A stretch of 64,000 nt of DNA from Tubiluchus corallicola. Its lineage: Eukaryota > Animalia > Priapulida. The notes under the pieces are model-generated. The model had not been told where the DNA came from, ran no database searches, and saw only the letters and a program-made list of their open reading frames with translations. Of this stretch, positions 1 to 13,639 are shown in pieces. Position numbers and translations under genes: made by a program. The stretch covers positions 18,375 to 82,374 of the forward strand of contig JAQGDQ010000900.1 of the NCBI GenBank assembly GCA_030141605.1, written 5' to 3'. Numbering within the stretch: position 1 is the stretch's first letter; each line of letters begins with the position of its first letter.

Positions 1-949
1 TACCAGGACCTTGGTGACGATTATTACAAACATGTTGCTGATGATGGCGACGATGGAGATGATGATGATAATGATGATGGTGATGATGACGATGATGATA
101 ATGATGATGATGATGATGACGATGACGGTGACGGTGACGGTGACGATGACAATGACGATGACGATGATGAAATTATAATCGCTCGCGATCGACACACATT
201 GGCTGTTTCAATGACAAAACTTTTTGCAAATATTTAAATGCACGTATGAAAACAAATATTAAGTTTCAACGTAATTTATGCTTCATATTTGCTTCGTGCC
301 ATTGTAAACTTGCTACTGCCTGCAGCTGAACAATTAAATAAAAAAAACCTCGCAAACGCCATTAAATCTTATTCAGCAGCTTCCCGCTAAGTTAATTAAA
401 AAGACCTGAAAGAGTTTCTTCATTTGCAATCATCACCTCACCGGAGGGAGAGAGAGAGGAGGAAGAAAATGGCTGGCACTGTAAGCGAACGCTCGAGCTA
501 AGTGGCTTCATATTATCTGAGATCTCTCTTCAAACATTGTATAGAGTACATGAATGGCTTCGGGTCGATCTTCAATACGTCATAACGGAGCCTTGGAAGA
601 GTTTAACAGAAACGTAATCAAATCTAGTGCAACTCATGAGAATTGTGAGATATTTTATTATTCTGTTTGCAATGCCCTGGTGAAGCCATGGCTTTATGAA
701 ACTCCTCTGCATTATTCATTATTGAATAACTCTTTACCGTTTCTTTCGCGGCTTCTTTTTGGTTGGTGAGGATGTAACGCAACTTCTTTGGTCTAAATTA
801 TTAACATTCACTGACGCTCGGCGCACCGCCGAAAATGGGCCAGCAGGTCAAAGATTTGTTTCATTTTTGGAAATTATTTCGTTTTTTATACTTCAGCATA
901 CTAACTGATTGTAATAAGCCTTTCATTGTTTCGTTGTGCGCACGCGCAG

Positions 950-1212
950 TTGCTGTCGGTTAGATGTTAAGTGCACCACAGCAACGAGTCTCATTTACTG
1001 TCGTCACGTGACAGGTGTCGAAAGCAAAGTCGTCTCTCGGATCAGTTCAGTATTTTCAGTTGTTTTACGAGGACTTTACTTAATTATGCATTCGTCTGTG
1101 CAGGAAGTGATTTACTAGCAGGATCTTGCTTGGGAACAAGAAAAAATGAACTAGGTAAGGTTCTAGCTAGCTGTTAAAACTGTTACTATTACAATGGCAT
1201 GGGCTGCGAGGC
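950..1212. repeat. Dispersed repeat; inverted copy at ~29370-29640
   Basis: Shared block cttgcttgggaacaagaaaaa(a)tgaactagg..aaggttctagctagctg...catgggctgcgaggc. Confidence 0.7.
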
Positions 1213-2337
1213 GATGACCTTAACTGCAACTTTCTCACGGAGAGACAACTGTGAAAAATTAAGCTGTTGTAGTTCACTTACAGTCAGAGAACTTATTTCT
1301 TGAGGATGCAAGACGTCCATTATTAAGTAATTTACGTTTTGAGACCACACGCTAAGTTTACACTTTATTATATCCAAGAATATGACGGTACACGGTAAGC
1401 ACGTGGCAATTGTGACAGTAATAGACACAGTACTTTTCTACCTAGCAGCAGATGCTATCGTACAACGTGTTATCTCAGACGTGCGCGCATGACCGCATGC
1501 GCACAACAGTCAAACACCACGTTGCTTGGGCTGTGAAGCAAACAGTACTACCCTAACGTGCTCTGGGTTCCGTACAAGTATAAAAAAGAATTAAAGAAAA
1601 AAGACTTATTATATTGAATATTATCGATAATAATGAGTGAAAACAGGGGGTGCTGCAGTAGCACAGTACCTACCTATACACGAGCCGCCACTGTCTAGCT
1701 TAGTATATGGCTTGCTGCTTCATTTGCCGAATTGAATCAGAAAGTTGCCTTTGTTAGGTAAACATAAGTTAATAATTTAGTAAAAAAATTAACTTGTAGG
1801 TGGCGCTAGTGGTAGCACTTCGCTACAAAATACTCATATATTTTAAATATTTAAAGCGCAAGAAAACACGCATCATCATGTATGAAATTTTGTATCATCT
1901 ACATGCTGTCTTATTGCACATAGAACTTGTATCAGCAGTAACGCTGTATAAAACATGAAAACACCCTGCGACGATTTTTAGGCTCGGTCATTTTGTCTGT
2001 AAGTCGTTTGAAACACCTTTAGACAACATTTGGTGAAGTTTGAAAAAAATTATCAGAGCATTCGTAGCGCACACATCACTAACTAAGTAAAAATATAAAT
2101 TACTGTATCTTGTCGAAAGGATTAAAAATTCGAGCCGCCACTGGTCTTCTGTATAATTTATTGTGGTTTAACTAGTGGCTGTTGTACATCATTATCATCC
2201 TTTTAACTCTTGTTTCAGTTTGCATTTCGCTATTTCTACAAGTTGGTTGCATATGCAACTGGAAAATTAAAAAAAAATCCACAAAGTTGAGTTAAATGTT
2301 GCAAAATTTCATAATTATAATTTCACATAAAATTAGA

Positions 2338-3197
2338 CTTAAAGGACAAGAAAGGGGTGCCTGAAGTGGTTTCAGAAAAATCGCCTTGAAAATTATACTA
2401 CTTTACAGCAATTTTATGCACATATCGTACTCGCGTTGAAAGGAATTTTTGTTTGTTTTGATTTTAAATCACCCGCAATACTGTTCCGACGGCGCCATTA
2501 CGTGACGTCACTACGAGATCGTAAATCAGGGGAAGAAAAGGAAATGTTAAATTATGTCCCAAAAAACTTTCCGTGCAAATCTATATTACTTAGCATTTCG
2601 CTTACTTGTTGGAAAAACTTATGTAACTAGAAAAGAAAATTATTAATTATTTAAAATGTTTTCACTAATTGGTAAAATGTCTCTGACTAACCTCCAGGGT
2701 GCACCACTCAGTAACCAAAAACGTATTTTTAATCTTATTAACAAGGTACAGTAGTTTTAAATATTACTTAGTTAGTGACTTGTGAACTACGAATGCTCTG
2801 ATTATTTCTTCAAACTTTACAAAATGTTATCTAAACTTGCTTCAAATGACCTGTCGTGAAAATGGCTGCGTCTAACGGCCATCGCGGGAGTTTAAATTTA
2901 CATGTTTTATACAGCGTTACTGCCGACGCAAGTCCTGCATGCAAAAAGACAGTACAGCAATGTCTACCATACTAGAGAAAGAACGGCAAGCTTCCTGGGG
3001 CCATAAAACTTGTTGTCTTTGAGTTATACTAGTCAGACTAAAATAGTTTATGGTTACGAAATGTTCTTAACAACCAGGTTCTTAACATGTTTTATACAGC
3101 GTTACTGCCGATTGAAGTCCTGCATGCAAAAAGGCAGTATGTAATTTTTTAAGCTTTTTTAAGCTTTGCGTTTATGGAGGGTTTTCTTGCGCTTTAA
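2338..3197 (+). mobile_element. Dispersed repeat family A (TTAAAGGACAAGAAA... Kolobok-like MITE)
   Basis: Homologous to 9682-10300 and 35570-35960, and inverted to 1850-2105 and 18370-18895. Confidence 0.7.
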
Positions 3198-5124
3198 TGC
3201 TGAAGAACGACTTAGTCAGAAATGTCACTCATAGAAAGATTTTTTTCGTCTCTTGGGCAAGGCTGTGTCAACATTCCCATGCAAGTACATTGCAGAACTT
3301 GCTCTTGTGTTTGCTGAAGATTTCTCTCTGAAATCTCAGGCGTCCCAGTGTAAACGCCAGAAAGTGGATTCACAAAGAAGAGGAGAATTTATCAATTTAC
3401 CGTCTCCTCGGTTGAATTCAGGGTAGTTACACTTGCAGCGACTGAAAAGAAGGGTTTTCACGTTTCAAGTTGATAGATATGTTCAGTTTTTTTTTATGTC
3501 GCCCTCTCCTCCTCACAGACAGCCAATGGTCACTCCGCCAGCTAATGGTCACTCCGCGCGGGCGGTTATAGTTGAAGGTTGGAAATGTGGATGCTGGACT
3601 AAATAATACGAGTCTTGTAACTAATGAGGTATTGTTTGCTGTTCAATCTTTGGTTTAAACAATTGAATTTAGCTCTGATTATTGTGTTGTTACTAACAAT
3701 ATATATATATATATATATAGCTTTGTTTATTATATTATATTATATTATATTATATTATATTATATTATATTATATTATATTATATTATATTATATTATAT
3801 TATATTATATTATATTATATTATTATATATATATATATATATATTTAGCTGTGATTATTGTGTTGTTACTAATAATTAATAATATATATATATATACATA
3901 TATATATATAATAGCTTTGAATGCAGCGTGTATATATATATATATATATCATCTTTATTCGCACATAATGATTGCATTACATGCAATATATAACAGGGTA
4001 AGTAGTGCTATTTACATTAGTATATATATTGTTAGTAGCGAATACAACATTTCATTAATATAATTAACTGTGAAACCTTCAATTACATATTCATTATGCA
4101 AAGTCCAGAAGAGAATCTACGTTGTTATGTCGACAGGTCTACAAGCATAAGTATGGTGGTTCACGTGTGCTCTAATACGATTTCTACAGAGTATACTTAT
4201 ACTAATATGATTATTTAACACAGCGAATGAGCACAGTTCTGGATCGGCTGATAAAGCGCTTTGAAATGCAATACTGGGTTTATTTTGGGATATGTATTCA
4301 TTTACGTTTTCAAAAAAACAATGTATGTATTTTGTGTGCACAGTGTTTACTACATATGATCATAGAACGTTCGAGTTCGATTCGAACGAGTTTTTTAGAT
4401 CGATTTCATTTCGAACCTAAAATTATAGATTCGAATAATTCAGCACTTCAACTACATACGTTCTTTATCATTAAAACGTTTCAAACATCTTGCATTTAGG
4501 ACAATTTAGCAGTACTTTCTGTCGTCAGTTTTTCAACAAATTATTCGTGTTTTTCATTGCAGAATAAAATAAAGCAACATGCACTATCTTTTTGTGATAC
4601 CGCTTTCTAGTAATAATTCAAAAATTTATTCGAAAATCTTTACAACGGGTTTCGAATTGGGTCGGATTCGAACCCTGGTTTGATTCGAGTTTGAAGAATT
4701 TGCTTTCTGGTAGAGAATGCTGGCGCTCCTACTAGATATTACCTAGTAGATATTAAATATTAACTAATTTACTCGTCTGGAATAGAGTGAAGCTGCATTA
4801 TTAACAGGAAATAATTTTCTGGTAAACTACAACCTCCAGGGAGTAATAGATGTTTCATTTCAATGAATAAACTGTACATTAACACTTGTCAGCTCAAACC
4901 AATTTCATAATGATACTGACACACGGCAGATAGTTCTGCTTTTCTGATGATTCTTTTTCAGATCAGTTTAAAGTGTTTTATTGCACATCAGTAAACATTT
5001 TTTTGGATCTATCGGAATTTACTGATTAGTAAACCAAAGAGATTAGCATCAGAGGTACTCGAAATGCAAATAAACAGTGTACATAAAAGGTCATGGTACA
5101 ATGAAGTAGTCGAGGCTGTAAAAA

Positions 5125-5685
5125 ATATACCATAGATGCTAATAAAGAAAGGGTGAAGGTCATGAAAAAGTCTGAATGGAAGAAAGAAATAAAGAATAAG
5201 ATTGAATGTTGTATAAAGAGCAAATGTGCAGAAAAATGCAGGAGTAGCACTAAATTAAGATTTTTAAGGCATACCGAGTGGAAACGACAAAATTACATAG
5301 ACACATGCAAGCCAGAAGAGGTTAAAGATATATTTAAAATAAGACTGAATATGATTAAAGTTAAAGGGAACTACAAGAATGAGTTTAAGGATCAGTTATT
5401 ATGCCCAATGTGTTGGGAGGATGATGACACTACTGAATATATGCTTAGATGTTACAGATATGGAGAATGGAAAAAAATTTTGAACTCAGATATATTAATG
5501 AACAGTGAAAAGGAAGGATTGCTAGAAATTAGAAATCTAGTGAACGAATGTATGGAATACAGGATAAAGACAAATAAAGACATTAAACTTGGAAAAGACA
5601 ATTAAAAGAAGAATAGACTTTGCACCCTATAAAGGTGCCCGCCTCTGATAGGTGGAGAGAGTCGAGTATCGCAATCGCAATCGCA
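5125..5685 (+). mobile_element. 3' fragment of a LINE (C-terminal zinc-knuckle region)
   Basis: IFKIRLNMIKVKGNYK..CPMC...DTTEYMLRC followed by an (ATCGCA)n tail. 5' boundary approximate. Confidence 0.7.
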
Positions 5686-6035
5686 AAAAACAGCTCATAA
5701 CGAAAAAAGTTGGCTTTTCCTGTACAAAAAAATAAAAATGTCAAAATGTCAGCCTCTGTTATGTGTTCTGGCTACTGGGATTGACCAGTGCGAGACAACC
5801 GGATTAGTTGGGTCAAGGCTATTTAAACCGAGTCTGACCAGTGTTCTATTTTTTGCCAGTAATTTGTAAAAGTTTAAAAATAGCCATTGATTGTCACTCA
5901 ATAATCAAAAATTTACAATTCATACATTTCACTACGTTGATTATAGGTCTTTGTTTACCTACATGCATTGGTAGTTTGTTAAAGAATGTAGTTGACATGG
6001 TATAACCAATAAATGGAGAGACATCACTAGTGAAA

Positions 6036-6356
6036 GATGATGATGATGAAGATGACGATGACGACGATGATGACGATGACGATGATATGATGATGAAGAT
6101 GATGATGACGATGACGATGATGATGCCGACGACGACGACGACGACGATGACAATGATACGATGATGACGTTGACGACTACAATGACGATGATATGAAGAT
6201 GATGATGCCGATGCCGATGATGGCGATGACGATGGTGATGATGATGATGTCGATGCCGATGCCGATGACGATGATGACGGTGATGATGACGATTATTACA
6301 AACATGTTGCTGATGATGGCGACGATGGGGATGGTGATGATGATGATGATGTTGAT
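6036..6356. repeat. (GAT/GAC)n microsatellite; similar tracts at 38-170, 15572-15755 and 22540-22790
   Basis: Direct reading of the sequence. Confidence 0.95.
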
Positions 6357-8489
6357 GAAAAATGCATTGTTGCTGGTTACGATATTTAATCAAATTAATT
6401 AATTTAAAAAAAATGAAATAAAATAAAAAAAAAATAAAATCGTTGTTTGCTTATTGGATAATTTTTGTTTGTAAACAAGTTATAAAAATTTCTCCTGACT
6501 TCGTTGTAGAGAACTAACGTATTGACTAACTGACCGACCACTAACAAACAAAACTCAATTAAATCAATCAAACAAACAAGTAGACCTCCACACAAACAAA
6601 TACTGTTTAACACAGTGTTATTGGAGTAATTATTTTTCTTTGCAGGTACGTCACGTGACGCCTTGCGACTAATTTTTGTCAAACTGTGTAATTTATTTTC
6701 ACCAAATCGGTCGGGTCAAGGCATCTGGGTCAGTCGGATCAATCGGGTCACACCCCTTTACCCGGTTCAACCATTAACATCTGCCAGTTGATGTGCAGCT
6801 CTTTGCACTTCTGACAACACATGATCATGTCACATTAAAGCGAATTAAATTTCTAATGCGACACTGATGACATTATTACGTACGATAATAATCCTTGCAT
6901 GTATAACAAAAATTTATCAAATATAATGAACGTGTATTAATGCTTAATCACTCCCTTCACGGCTGTAATGACATATTGCCATAGGATTTTGCCACCTAGC
7001 GTTAGAAAAATGATGTTCACATAATTTCTATAGAATTTTGTCACCTAGCACTAGATTACCGATGGTCGCTACAGCCATTAAAGCATCATTGTAGATTGCA
7101 AAGCACTAAATGATTGCCTACTATAAACTGACTGGAATATAAGTTGTCTATCTTTACAAGATGTGCAAATCTTCTTGTTCGACTTCTCGCAGTTTGTAAG
7201 TTATTAAACAAAATAAAGAATTGGGTCAAAGGTCAAACAAAGTTCAATCACTAGAGTTCAATACACACAAGTCACTATTTTAAATTCAACGAAAACCCAA
7301 TGGAAACTCAGCAAAAGGCTCAGAGTTTTAGCGAAGATAACTACAGCCTAAATATGAATATTTACAAATTAGCAGACACACAAACAAACAGACATGCTAC
7401 TACCAGTCTCTCCTCAATTGCGAAGGGGGAAGGGGTAGATTATGAAAATTATGTTCGTTTGTGACGTCATCAATAGTTGGGCTCACCCGCCATTAACTAA
7501 GATTTTAATCTAGTATTTAATTATCCCGAAACACTTTTGCAGAGTTAATTGTGTTAATACGTGTACTTTTTACCGTATTTGAAAATGGGATAGTATATGA
7601 AAAATCATCCTGCTTTCCTTTAAGGTGATAATATTATGAACGTTACCTGAAAAATCGCCTAAACCGCCAACAGCCATTGTTATTCCAGGTTTTCATCAAA
7701 TTCTTGGTAACCAAGACAGTTGTAATCCGTGATAATTGTAACACTGAGGTATTCAGCTGTAGTTTCAACTTTCAAAACGATGAACAGACTTATCTGTAAG
7801 CGCCAACTGTTTTCTTAAAACGTTAGAAAGTTAGACCGCTAATTCGTTTACAGTTGAAAAATGTTTATTTTAAAACTTTTCACACCTATCAGTCACTTCT
7901 GTCAATAACTAATCGCTTCTCTATCCAATAATCCTGTGTTCGTGTTCAAGGTATTGAAACGCAGCGAACAACAGATGAAGGAGACGACGGAATTCGTGGC
8001 TGAAGCTAATGCGCATGCTCGCACGCAATGAATTCGCTAATGTTTCTTAGAGGACAAGAAAATGGCCAACCAAAGTAAGCCTCAGAAAATCCGCAATAAA
8101 GAAAATTATTGCACCTAAGTAAAATTTTAAGCGAGTAAAGTACTCACGTTTTCGCATTTACTGAAATTTTACTCCAATTTTTGTAAAATATTACAACCAC
8201 TGCAGTAAACGTTGACGCAGACATGTTTCATTTAGTCCGCCAATTGAAAAGCCAGCATGTGACTGATCACGTGACATGACATCACTGGAACACAGTCGCA
8301 GTGAGTTCTGTGCACGTGTACTATAAAGATTTGTGTTGTGGTTGTGTGACGCCATCTAATATGGCCACTAGGGCTAAATGGAGGTCAGTCCCTCGAACGA
8401 AGTTCCTGGAACTAGTTCCTTCTTCTGGGACTTGAAACTGAAACTAATTCTTTGTAACAAAATGGAACTTGAAACTATACCTAATTGCT

Positions 8490-9205
8490 TTTGTAAAAAG
8501 TTACATGAACTTGGACCTTGAATGGACAGAAAATAGATCTGTGAACGAGAGCTAAAATAGGTTCCTTTTTGTGCAAAGGAATTTGGAACTAGAACAAATT
8601 CCCATCTTAAAAAGTTAGATGAACTTGGACCTTGAATGGACAGAAAATAGATTTGTGAACGAGAGCTAAAATAGGTTCGTCTTTGTGCAAAGGAATTTGA
8701 AGCTAGAACAAATTTCTTTTGTAAAAAGTTAGATGAACTTGGACCTCGAATGGACAGAAAATAGATCTGTGAACGGGAGCTAAAATAGGTTCGTCTTTGT
8801 GAAAAGGAATTTGGAACTAGGACAAATTTCTTTTGTAAAAAGTTAGATGAACTTGGACCTCGAATGGACAGAAAATAGATCTGTGAACGGGAGCTAAAAT
8901 AGGTTCCTTTTTGTGAAAAGGAATTTGGAACTAGGACAAATTTCTTTTGTAAAAAGTTAGATGAACTTGGACCTTGAATGGACAGAAAATAGATCTGTGA
9001 ACGGGAGCTAAAATAAGTTCCTTTTGTGAAAAGGAATTTGGAACTAGGACAAATTTCTTTTGTAAAAAGTTAGATGAACTTGGACCTAGAATGGACAGAA
9101 AATAGATCTGTGAACGAGAGCTAAAATAGGTTTCTTTTCGTGCACAGGAATTTGAAACTAGAACAAATTCCTTTTGTAAAAAGTTACATGAACTTGGACC
9201 TCGAA
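8490..9205. repeat. Tandem array, ~118-bp unit, ~6 copies, probably inside a hAT-like element (8369-9297)
   Basis: Repeated ttgtaaaaagttagatgaacttggacc..gaatggacagaaaatagatctgtgaacg. Outer termini TAGGG...CCCTG. Confidence 0.85.
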
Positions 9206-9681
9206 TTAGTTACTTTTATCCCGGAGGAACATGGAACAGGAACTTGGTGCTGGAACGTGGAACTAGTTCGTAAAACTGAGGAATTTTTACATCCCTGAGC
9301 GCCACGAACCCACCGCCACGAACCCACCGCCACGAACCTACCGCCACGAACTCACAGCCACAACCTCACAGCCATTAGAGGCATATAATATGTAACGGCG
9401 CTACGAGAGCTAAGCTTCATTATGATTCCACATTCATCAGTGACAAGCGTTTCAGCCAGCTGCTCTCAACAACCAAGGAAGCCTAGCAATCAGCAAGCGG
9501 TCATAATAGTTCACGAAGCTTAGTAATGAAGCCAAGTATAAGTAAAGAGTTAATGTAATAACAGTTCATGCAGCACAGTATGAAGCCAAGTATGAATAAG
9601 TAGTTAATGATAAATGGTGTGTCTATGGTATCACTATTGTCTTGAAAAAACCTCTTCTTAGTGTCTTGTGATAGCATAAAC

Positions 9682-10300
9682 TTAAATGACAAGAAAAGGG
9701 GTGCCTGAAGTATGTTTGAAAAATCGCCCTGAAAAATTATACGACTTTACAGCAATTTTATGCACATATCGTATTCGCTTTGAAAGGAATTTTCGTTTGT
9801 TTTCATTTTAAATCTCCCGCAATACTGTTCCGAAGTCGCCATTACATGACGTCATACACGCACAACGTAAATCAGGGGAAGAAAAGGAAATATTAAACTA
9901 TCTTCCAAAAACTTTCCATGCTTATGTATATTACTAAGCATTTTGCTTACCTACTTGAAAGACTTATATAACTAGAAAAGAAAATTGTTAATTATTTAAA
10001 ATGTTTTCACCGATTTGTAAAATGTAGTTGACCCACCTCCAGGGTGCACCACTCACTAACCAGAAAACGTATTTTTAGTCTTATTGACAAGATACAATAT
10101 CTTAAAATTTTGCTTAGTTAGTGAAGAATGCGCTACGAGTGCTCTGATTATTTTTTCAAACTTTACACAATGTTATCTAAACTTGTTTCAAATGAGCTGT
10201 TGTCAAAATGGCTGCGTCTAACGGTCATCGCGGGAGTTTAAATGCACATGTTTTAAGCAACGTTACTGCCGACGCAAGTCCTGCATGCAAAAAGACAGTA
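9682..10300 (+). mobile_element. Family A copy
   Basis: Collinear with 2338-2955; moderately diverged. Confidence 0.7.
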
Positions 10301-10963
10301 CAGCAATGTCTACCATACTAGAGAAAGAACAGCAAGCTTCCTGGGGCCATAACACTTGTTGTCTTTGAGTTATACTAGTCAGACTAAAATAGTTCATGGT
10401 TACGAAATGTTCTTAACAACCAAAGTTAAGCGTTCAAAAAGTCCGTTCAGTAAGTGGATGAGCGATTGCGAGGAAATCTGCTTCAGAGACTTTTATCCGT
10501 CGTAATGTTTTCGCTGTTGAAGGACACGCATGCGTACTAAGGATCTCTGCCTGTTACAGAATTGTTCTTGATAAATCGCTAGATTCCTGTACTGCCACAA
10601 CTATAGCTGTGGGTTGTTGTTTGATTTTCGCTTGACAAACAGTGTAGTACTCAGACAAAATGTAACAGTGAAAAAGCATTATAATCCTGCTACAGTATTG
10701 CACAACGATTGTGCTGCAAATGTCTGTGCTTCGTCGCAACAAAAACGTGAAACAAAACAAACCAGAAACTTTGATGCTACAGAAAGATTTATGAGACAAA
10801 ATGAAAGACATCCAATTAGCACAGCCTTTGAACATAATTTGATTCTCTCAAAGTCTGGGGCGTAATTAACGACTCGACTAAAACTGCATCTTAATCACCA
10901 TGGCAACGTGAATAATGATTTCATAATAATTACGATGTTTGGAAACCGTTGGTGACGGTTGCC

Positions 10964-11617
10964 ATGGTTTCGTTTTTGCCTCTTATTGTATATTATCTTA
11001 CCAGGATGATTTGGAAGTGGTTGTGTCATCTCGGGTGGGTCTTTGACGGACGCTCAGGGGAGGATGGGCGAAATGGAAAGAGTTACAGTCTGCAGAATGA
11101 AATGGTTTCCATGCTAAATGCTTTGGCTATTCTTGACAACACGCTAAAAACTACGGCAAATAGTAAGACGATGGAAAAAAGTTGTGATAAGAGAGACGTT
11201 AACGCTGATTCTGACGTTACCGCATACGAAAATGAAGATAGTTTGATTAAATTTGAAAAATCAGACCCACAAATTCTCCCAGAAGAGAATATCTTCAACG
11301 AACTGGAACGGTTTGCCCACGAAGACGATTCACTTGCAGAGAATGAGCCACTCTTAGGCATGTGGTTTAACGACAGTTATAACCTGAATGACTCCAACGT
11401 ATCCGGAAAAGAGGAGTCACTTGAGAATTCTAACTGCGTCGGCGATAATAGTAAAAACCAGAAGGACTTTATGCAGGAAAGAGATGAAATATCTTCCATT
11501 GACGGAGCGGGCGATGATGAACTAGTAACGGATGATGTGAAGCTTGAACTGAATTTATTAGACAGAAATGAACAGTTATTGTGGAATAAATTGGGTCATA
11601 TACTGGCAACTCTATCT
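10964..11617 (+). CDS. Gene A exon 1 (predicted ~492-aa coiled-coil/tail-anchored KASH-like protein)
   Basis: First ATG after an in-frame TGA, in gccATGg context. Frame is open to a phase-0 donor TCT|gtaagt at 11618. The exon end (NLLDRNEQLLWNKLGHILATLS) aligns with the end of gene B exon 1. The true start could be a later ATG. Confidence 0.7.
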
Positions 11618-12219
11618 GTAAGTGGAAAAATTAATGATTCTTTAGAGGGAAATAAAACAGCGGGAAAAGGGGAGTAAGAATGATGCAGAGGGGATAACAT
11701 GTCTAAGAAAGCGAGAGAAGGGGAGAGGGCAAACCAGCTGCAGACTAACCGATTAACTAACCAGCCACTTAGCAAAATGATTTCTTAACTAAATGGCTTC
11801 TTGACTGATGTCTGTCCAGCTAGCTTACTGACCAACGGATTAGCAGACTGACCAGCAAGCCAGATTTATAGATTTTTTTATTAATTTATAGATTGACTAA
11901 CTGAGTGACTGATTGACTACCTAATTTACCTGGCAAAACGACTGACTAACTGGCTTACTCACTAACTGACAGACTGATTGACTGACAGACGACCTAACTG
12001 ACTGCCTAACCCACGCACTGACTGACTGACTGTTAGACTGACTGACTGCATAACTAACTGGTCGGTTGGCGTACTTGCTAGCGGGCTTTTTTGGCTGAAC
12101 AGCCGACTGACCAACAAATTTGCCGTTTACTTAATAACATATAATTTGAGAAAGGAAACGAAAATAAAGAACGAGACAGCCGATCAGTATGGTGGGTACG
12201 GTGAGGATAAACTCAACGA

Positions 12220-13395
12220 TAGGTGCTTAGACAGAAGACTGAAGAGGACAGACAGAATGATAGGTGCTTAGACAAAAGACTGGAGAGGACAGATACAATG
12301 ATAGGTGCTTAGACAGAAGACTGGAGAGGACAGACACAATGGTAGGTGCTTAGACAAAAGACTGGAGAGGACAGATACAATGGTAGGTGCTTAGACAGAA
12401 GACTGGACAGGACAAACACAATGGTAGGTGCTTAGACAGAAGGCTGAAGAGGACAGACACAATGGTAGGTGCTTAGACAGAAGACTGAAGACGACAGATA
12501 CAACGATAGGTGCTTAGACAAAAGACTGGGGAGGACAGATACAATGGTAGGTGCTTAGATAGAAGACTGAAGAGGACAGACAGAATGATAGGTGCTTAGA
12601 CAGAAGACTGGAGAGGACAGACGCAATGATAGGTGCTTAAGCAAAAGACTGGAGAGGACAGACGCATTGATAGGTGCTTAAGCAAAAGACTGGAGAGGAC
12701 AAACACAATGATAGGTGCTTAGACAAACGACTGAAGAGGACAGACAGAATGATAGGTGCTTAGACAGAAGACTGGAGAGGACAGACGCAATGATAGGTGC
12801 TTAAGCAAAAGACTGGAGAGGACAGACGCATTGATAGGTGCTTAAGTAAAAGATTGGAGAGGACAGACATAATGATAGGTGCTTAGACAGAAGACTGAAG
12901 AGGACAGAGACAATGGTAGGTTCTTACACATAAGACTGAAGAGGACAGACACAATGGTAGGTGCTTAGACAGAAGACTGGACAGGACAAACACAATGGTA
13001 GGTGCTTAGACAGAAGGCTGAAGAGGACAGACACAATGGTAGGTGCTTAGACAGAAGACTGAAGAGGACAGACACAATGGTAGGTGCTTAGACAGAAGAC
13101 TGGAGAGGACAGACACAATGATAGGTGCTTAGACAGAAGACTGAAGAGGACAGACACAGTGGTAGGTGCTTAGACAGAAGACTGAAGAGGACAGACACAA
13201 TGGTAGGTTCTTAGACAGAAGACTGGAGAGGACAGACACAATGGTAGGTGCTTAGACAGAAGACTGAAGAGGACAGACACAATGGTAAGTGCTTAGACAG
13301 AAGACTGAAGAGGACAGACACAATGTTAGGTGCTTAGACAAAAGACTGGAGAGGACAGACACAATGGTAGGTGCTTAGGCAGAAGACTGGAGAGG
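12220..13395. repeat. Minisatellite, 41-bp unit, ~28 copies, in gene A intron 1
   Basis: Unit aatggtaggtgcttagacagaagactggagaggacagacac. Confidence 0.95.
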
Positions 13396-13445
13396 AAATA
13401 TCGAAGACCACAGAGGGCTAACTTTGAAATTTATGCTTTATGCAG

Positions 13446-13639
13446 GAGGCACAGAGCATGCTGCTCGAAAACAGCAACGGAAAAACAAGAGAAGTTGCCT
13501 TAAAAGTGCAAGAAGAAATAAAGAACTTGAATGAAATTGCAAACGTGTTAAGAAGCTCGGCAAGACGAATCCAGTCAGACAGCAAAGATGCTAATGCCCG
13601 TTCTGAAACGGAACGTACCACTGATAAAATGGAACGAAA
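13446..13639 (+). CDS. Gene A exon 2
   Basis: Acceptor tgcag|GAG and donor AA|gtgagt (phase 0 in, phase 2 out). Encodes the heptad-like EAQSMLLENSNGKTREVALKVQEEIKNLNEIANVLRSSA. Confidence 0.8.

Noticed and set aside
5959-6402. Poly-His/Met/Ser ORFs (likewise 15526, 20942-21418, 22542-22992, 23516, 36800, 52876 and 58847-59439)
   Set aside because: Translations of microsatellites.
10554-10865. Short overlapping ORFs upstream of gene A
   Set aside because: No recognisable motif and no compatible splice donor/acceptor linking them to gene A.
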